64,000 nt of DNA from an uncultured Chloroflexia bacterium. GTDB taxonomy: Bacteria; Chloroflexota; Anaerolineae; Anaerolineales; UBA4823. Shown here piece after piece: positions 61,256 through 64,000 of this stretch. The stretch spans positions 2,099,840 through 2,163,839 of the forward strand of contig CAWBUW010000012.1 in assembly GCA_963792075.1 (NCBI GenBank), in the 5' to 3' direction. The notes under the pieces are model-generated. The model was not told the DNA's origin. It ran no database searches and saw nothing but the letters and a program-made list of their open reading frames with translations. How positions within the stretch are numbered: the first letter of the stretch is position 1; every line of letters starts with the position of its first letter. A program made the translations under genes and the position numbers.

Positions 61256-62686
61256 TCAAGGTTGGAGATCATCAAAATGGGCCATTGCCGCCTGTACAAG
61301 GGGATCGTTCTCAATCGTAAATTGATCCCATTGCACGGGGATTTCTAAATCGGGGATGATGCCGGTTTCTTCCCAATTTTCTTCGGGATGGTTGTAAGGG
61401 CGGAAGGCTTCATGCGCCAGCCAGAGGCGTGAGCCATCCTCGAAATCGAAGCTCCACAGAGTTTCTACGTTGCCATCTGTAGTCTCACCGATCAGATAGG
61501 CGCGGTTCAAATCTTTGAGCACACCTGACATCACCTCGCCGTAACTGGCAGTGTTCTTGCCAATCAGCACCACTAACGGCACCTGCTGCGAGCCGTTGAT
61601 ATCCGTTCCAGATCGGATTTGCAAAGGCCGTTCGCCGTCATGGCTGATAAAGTGTCCCAAAGTTCCGCTGGTGAAAAGCCCCAGGATGGGCTTGAGCACG
61701 GTATCTGCCCCGCCCCCGTTCTGAGTGTTGTCGATGATCAGCCCATCCAGCGGGCCTTTAGCGGTAAGATCCTCCCAGGCAGCACGAAATGTATCTACGA
61801 TGGTGCTGTCTTCCAGTGTGGGCAGTAGGATATACCCTACCCGTTTCCTCTGGGGAGAACTGAGCAGTGCATGGGGAACGGATTGGTTCGAATGGATGGC
61901 GCTGCGGATGATCGTCAGTTGGCGTGGCTCTTCACCGGGGGTTTGAGCCATGATGGTTACCTCAGAACCTTCCGGGCCGCGGATGATCGGTTTAAGCCAG
62001 CCATCTTCGGTGAGGATCGCCTCGCCATTGGCGCTGAGGATGGCGTCGCGTGAATGTAGGCCGGCAGCTTCTGCCGGTGAATTGGGGAAAACGCTGAGGA
62101 TAACCGCCCGGTTGCGTTCGGGCACCGGTGCGATGAGAACGCCAATGCCAACGTAGTTAAACCCTCCTTGAAATTCGGCCTCCCAATCGGCATTCTCTTC
62201 TGGGGAAAGAAAAGCAGAGTGATCATCGCCGAGGGCATAAATCATGTCTGAGATCGTGGCATAGAAATCAGCATTGGTCAGGCCAGCTTCAATTTTTGCC
62301 TGGTATTCGGTGTGCACGGCTTCCCAATCCAGGCCGTTATAATCAGGGTAAAGGTAGTTATCTCGCACCGTTTCCCACACGCTCTGAAAGACGCTCAACT
62401 GCAGGTCGAGCGGCATCGGGGTGGGAGGTGCTTCTGGTGTATTGAGCAGGGTAGCGGTGGCCAGCACGATGGGTGCTTCGGTGGGCGTCGCTGTAGGCTG
62501 TGGGGTAGACGTTTGTGTAGGGGTCGGAAATGGGGTTGGCGTGGTTGTTGGCGGTAGCGGGGTGGGGGTTTCGGTAGGCAACAATCCCACGGCCCGGTAC
62601 AAGGTGCGGCAGGCCAACAGCCCCAGCGCCAGGAGGATGATCAGGAGGAAACGGTAGAGATTTCGAGGACTAGATTGGAGACGCAT
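61256..62686 (-). CDS. S41-family C-terminal processing peptidase with lipoprotein-like signal, Pro/Thr linker and PDZ-like region
   Basis: LLALGLLAC signal. IIDNTQNGGGAD and GKNTASYGEV (Ser nucleophile context) blocks. Confidence 0.8.
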   Translation of the reverse strand: MRLQSSPRNLYRFLLIILLALGLLACRTLYRAVGLLPTETPTPLPPTTTPTPFPTPTQTSTPQPTATPTEAPIVLATATLLNTPEAPPTPMPLDLQLSVFQSVWETVRDNYLYPDYNGLDWEAVHTEYQAKIEAGLTNADFYATISDMIYALGDDHSAFLSPEENADWEAEFQGGFNYVGIGVLIAPVPERNRAVILSVFPNSPAEAAGLHSRDAILSANGEAILTEDGWLKPIIRGPEGSEVTIMAQTPGEEPRQLTIIRSAIHSNQSVPHALLSSPQRKRVGYILLPTLEDSTIVDTFRAAWEDLTAKGPLDGLIIDNTQNGGGADTVLKPILGLFTSGTLGHFISHDGERPLQIRSGTDINGSQQVPLVVLIGKNTASYGEVMSGVLKDLNRAYLIGETTDGNVETLWSFDFEDGSRLWLAHEAFRPYNHPEENWEETGIIPDLEIPVQWDQFTIENDPLVQAAMAHFDDLQP

Positions 62687-62692
62687 GCCGGT

Positions 62693-63943
62693 TTATGCTC
62701 CACCTTCCCCATAAAATGCAGGGTCTGTCGGCGTCTGGCCAGAAGGGTCCCAGACATACACGGAATCGCCATCCTTTGCCCACTCAAAAATCCAACGTGC
62801 GTCCGCCGGTGAGAGGTTGACACAGCCATGGGATTGGGGAAAACCGAAGCGAGTGCGCCAGTAAGCACCGTGCAGGGCGCGGGCTTGGTCATAGTACATC
62901 ACGTAAGGCACATCGTCGAGATAATAATAATCCGAGCGGTCAGCTTCGAAAGAGCCACTCATCGGCGTGACTTCCAGTCTCTTGTATATGGGGAACACAC
63001 CTGGGCGTGTGTAAAATGGCTTCGCGCCCGTCGCAATCAATGTGGCAAATACCAGGCGATTCTGATCGTAGACGGCAAGTGTTTGTTCGAACAAATTAAC
63101 TTCGACCCATCTCCCGCTGGTAACACCTTCTGGCGGGGTCGTATTGACCTTCACGAGGCCAACCGCGCGCTGTGGTACCCATTCATCCGGGCCGATCATG
63201 TGCCAGAGGGTGTCACCGACTTGCTGCGAAGCAAAGACTTCTACGATGCCGTATTCTGTAATCTGGTGACCGGTATAATCTTGCCGGTCGTATCCAGGGG
63301 TGCGTTTTGTCTCAACATATGGGTTGAGAGGCAGGACCCAACCGAAGGAGCGGGTGGGAGTTTGGGTGAAAGTAATACCCTGAAAACGGGTGATCGCATT
63401 TTCACGACGGGCAACACTGCTGGAAGCGACCCAACTGCCGTCTCGTAACTGGAAATAATCGGGCTTCGGTTGATCGTTGACATTGACGGCATCAATATAG
63501 GACAGGTAGCGCATCTCGCCGGCTTCGAGCCAGCGAGTTGGGTTTTTACCGGCAATGGCAGCCTCCATTGAATTATAAATGGGGGTGGCTTCGTTTGCTT
63601 TCAGGCGCAGGTAGAGGTAGGGCAGGAGAGTCAGGTCGGCAGAAGGATGTTCCGCTTGCAGTGGGCGTTGAGGGAAAGAGATTCCCAGGCTGCCCATTTT
63701 GGTCAGGTACTCCGCCGGCCCCGCAGCCAGGCAGTCTTGTGGCTCTTCTAAGTACATCGCGGGGTAGCAAAGGACTGGCGAATCCGGCTGGGTGGTAGTG
63801 GCAGGTGAAGTTGCTGCCTGGACATAGGGGATGGAGGCAAAAAAGAGGAGTGTGCAGAACATACTATACAGGATCAGGCGTAATGCAAAACGGTGCAGCA
63901 GTTGCAAGGACTTTGCAGAGAAGTTAGTTATTGTGGATAGCAT
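62693..63943 (-). CDS. L,D-transpeptidase (YkuD domain) with N-terminal signal/anchor
   Basis: C-terminal YkuD block RALHGAYWRTRFGFPQSHGCVNLSPADARWIF. Confidence 0.8.
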   Translation of the reverse strand: MLSTITNFSAKSLQLLHRFALRLILYSMFCTLLFFASIPYVQAATSPATTTQPDSPVLCYPAMYLEEPQDCLAAGPAEYLTKMGSLGISFPQRPLQAEHPSADLTLLPYLYLRLKANEATPIYNSMEAAIAGKNPTRWLEAGEMRYLSYIDAVNVNDQPKPDYFQLRDGSWVASSSVARRENAITRFQGITFTQTPTRSFGWVLPLNPYVETKRTPGYDRQDYTGHQITEYGIVEVFASQQVGDTLWHMIGPDEWVPQRAVGLVKVNTTPPEGVTSGRWVEVNLFEQTLAVYDQNRLVFATLIATGAKPFYTRPGVFPIYKRLEVTPMSGSFEADRSDYYYLDDVPYVMYYDQARALHGAYWRTRFGFPQSHGCVNLSPADARWIFEWAKDGDSVYVWDPSGQTPTDPAFYGEGGA

Positions 63944-64000
63944 AGCGCCGATTATACCCGTTTTGTGCAGGGATGGCAGGGAGGCATGATATACTGGGTG

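Noticed and set aside
1-64000. Prophage, IS element, integron or defence island (beyond MNT/HEPN and GxxExxY)
   Set aside because: I recognised no integrase, transposase, recombinase, capsid or terminase, reverse transcriptase, Cas or restriction-modification signature in any long ORF.

Overview
This window looks like high-GC bacterial chromosome, possibly Chloroflexota-like (taxonomy is inference only). I saw no rRNA, tRNA, CRISPR, transposase or integrase.

Most of the window (about 3.1-46.2 kb, plus 51.3-54.0 kb) is a very large cell-surface glycan biosynthesis island.
- A roughly 30-kb co-directional plus-strand gene array (3139-33633) starts with a MarR-like regulator and a Wzm/Wzt ABC exporter.
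- That array encodes two NeuB-family ulosonic-acid synthases, three CMP-sugar-type cytidylyltransferases (one fused to a KdsC-like phosphatase) and a PseB-type 4,6-dehydratase.
- It also encodes three divergent KpsS/KpsC-like HP-motif GT-B proteins and a CstII/DUF115-like protein.
- The rest of the array is many GT2/GT4 transferases, SDR, Gfo/Idh/MocA and 2-hydroxyacid dehydrogenases, several SAM methyltransferases and a tandem GNAT.

The most unusual element is a minus-strand operon (36947-42006). It encodes a PglC-like phosphoglycosyl transferase, TPP-dependent E1 alpha and E1 beta, a chimeric E2 and a DegT aminotransferase. The chimeric E2 carries a lipoyl domain, a peripheral-subunit-binding domain and a PglD/NeuD-type hexapeptide acyltransferase. 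I propose it is a 2-oxoacid-driven, lipoyl-mediated amino-sugar N-acylation system.

Flanking genes:
- MNT/HEPN pair
- ECF sigma / FecR anti-sigma pair
- Deoxynucleoside kinase
- Autoregulated lexA
- ABC-F ATPase
- Histidine kinase / LuxR-type two-component system
- B12-radical SAM enzyme
- Canonical 2-oxoacid dehydrogenase operon (fused E1, E2, E3)
- Frameshifted membrane Fe-S protein
- S41 peptidase
- L,D-transpeptidase

Intergenic regions contain many long perfect palindromes. These include a 98-nt nested four-way hairpin element and two near-identical 44-bp palindromes in front of two glycan operons.

All family calls come from motif recognition by eye. No database search was run, and start codons may be off by a few codons.
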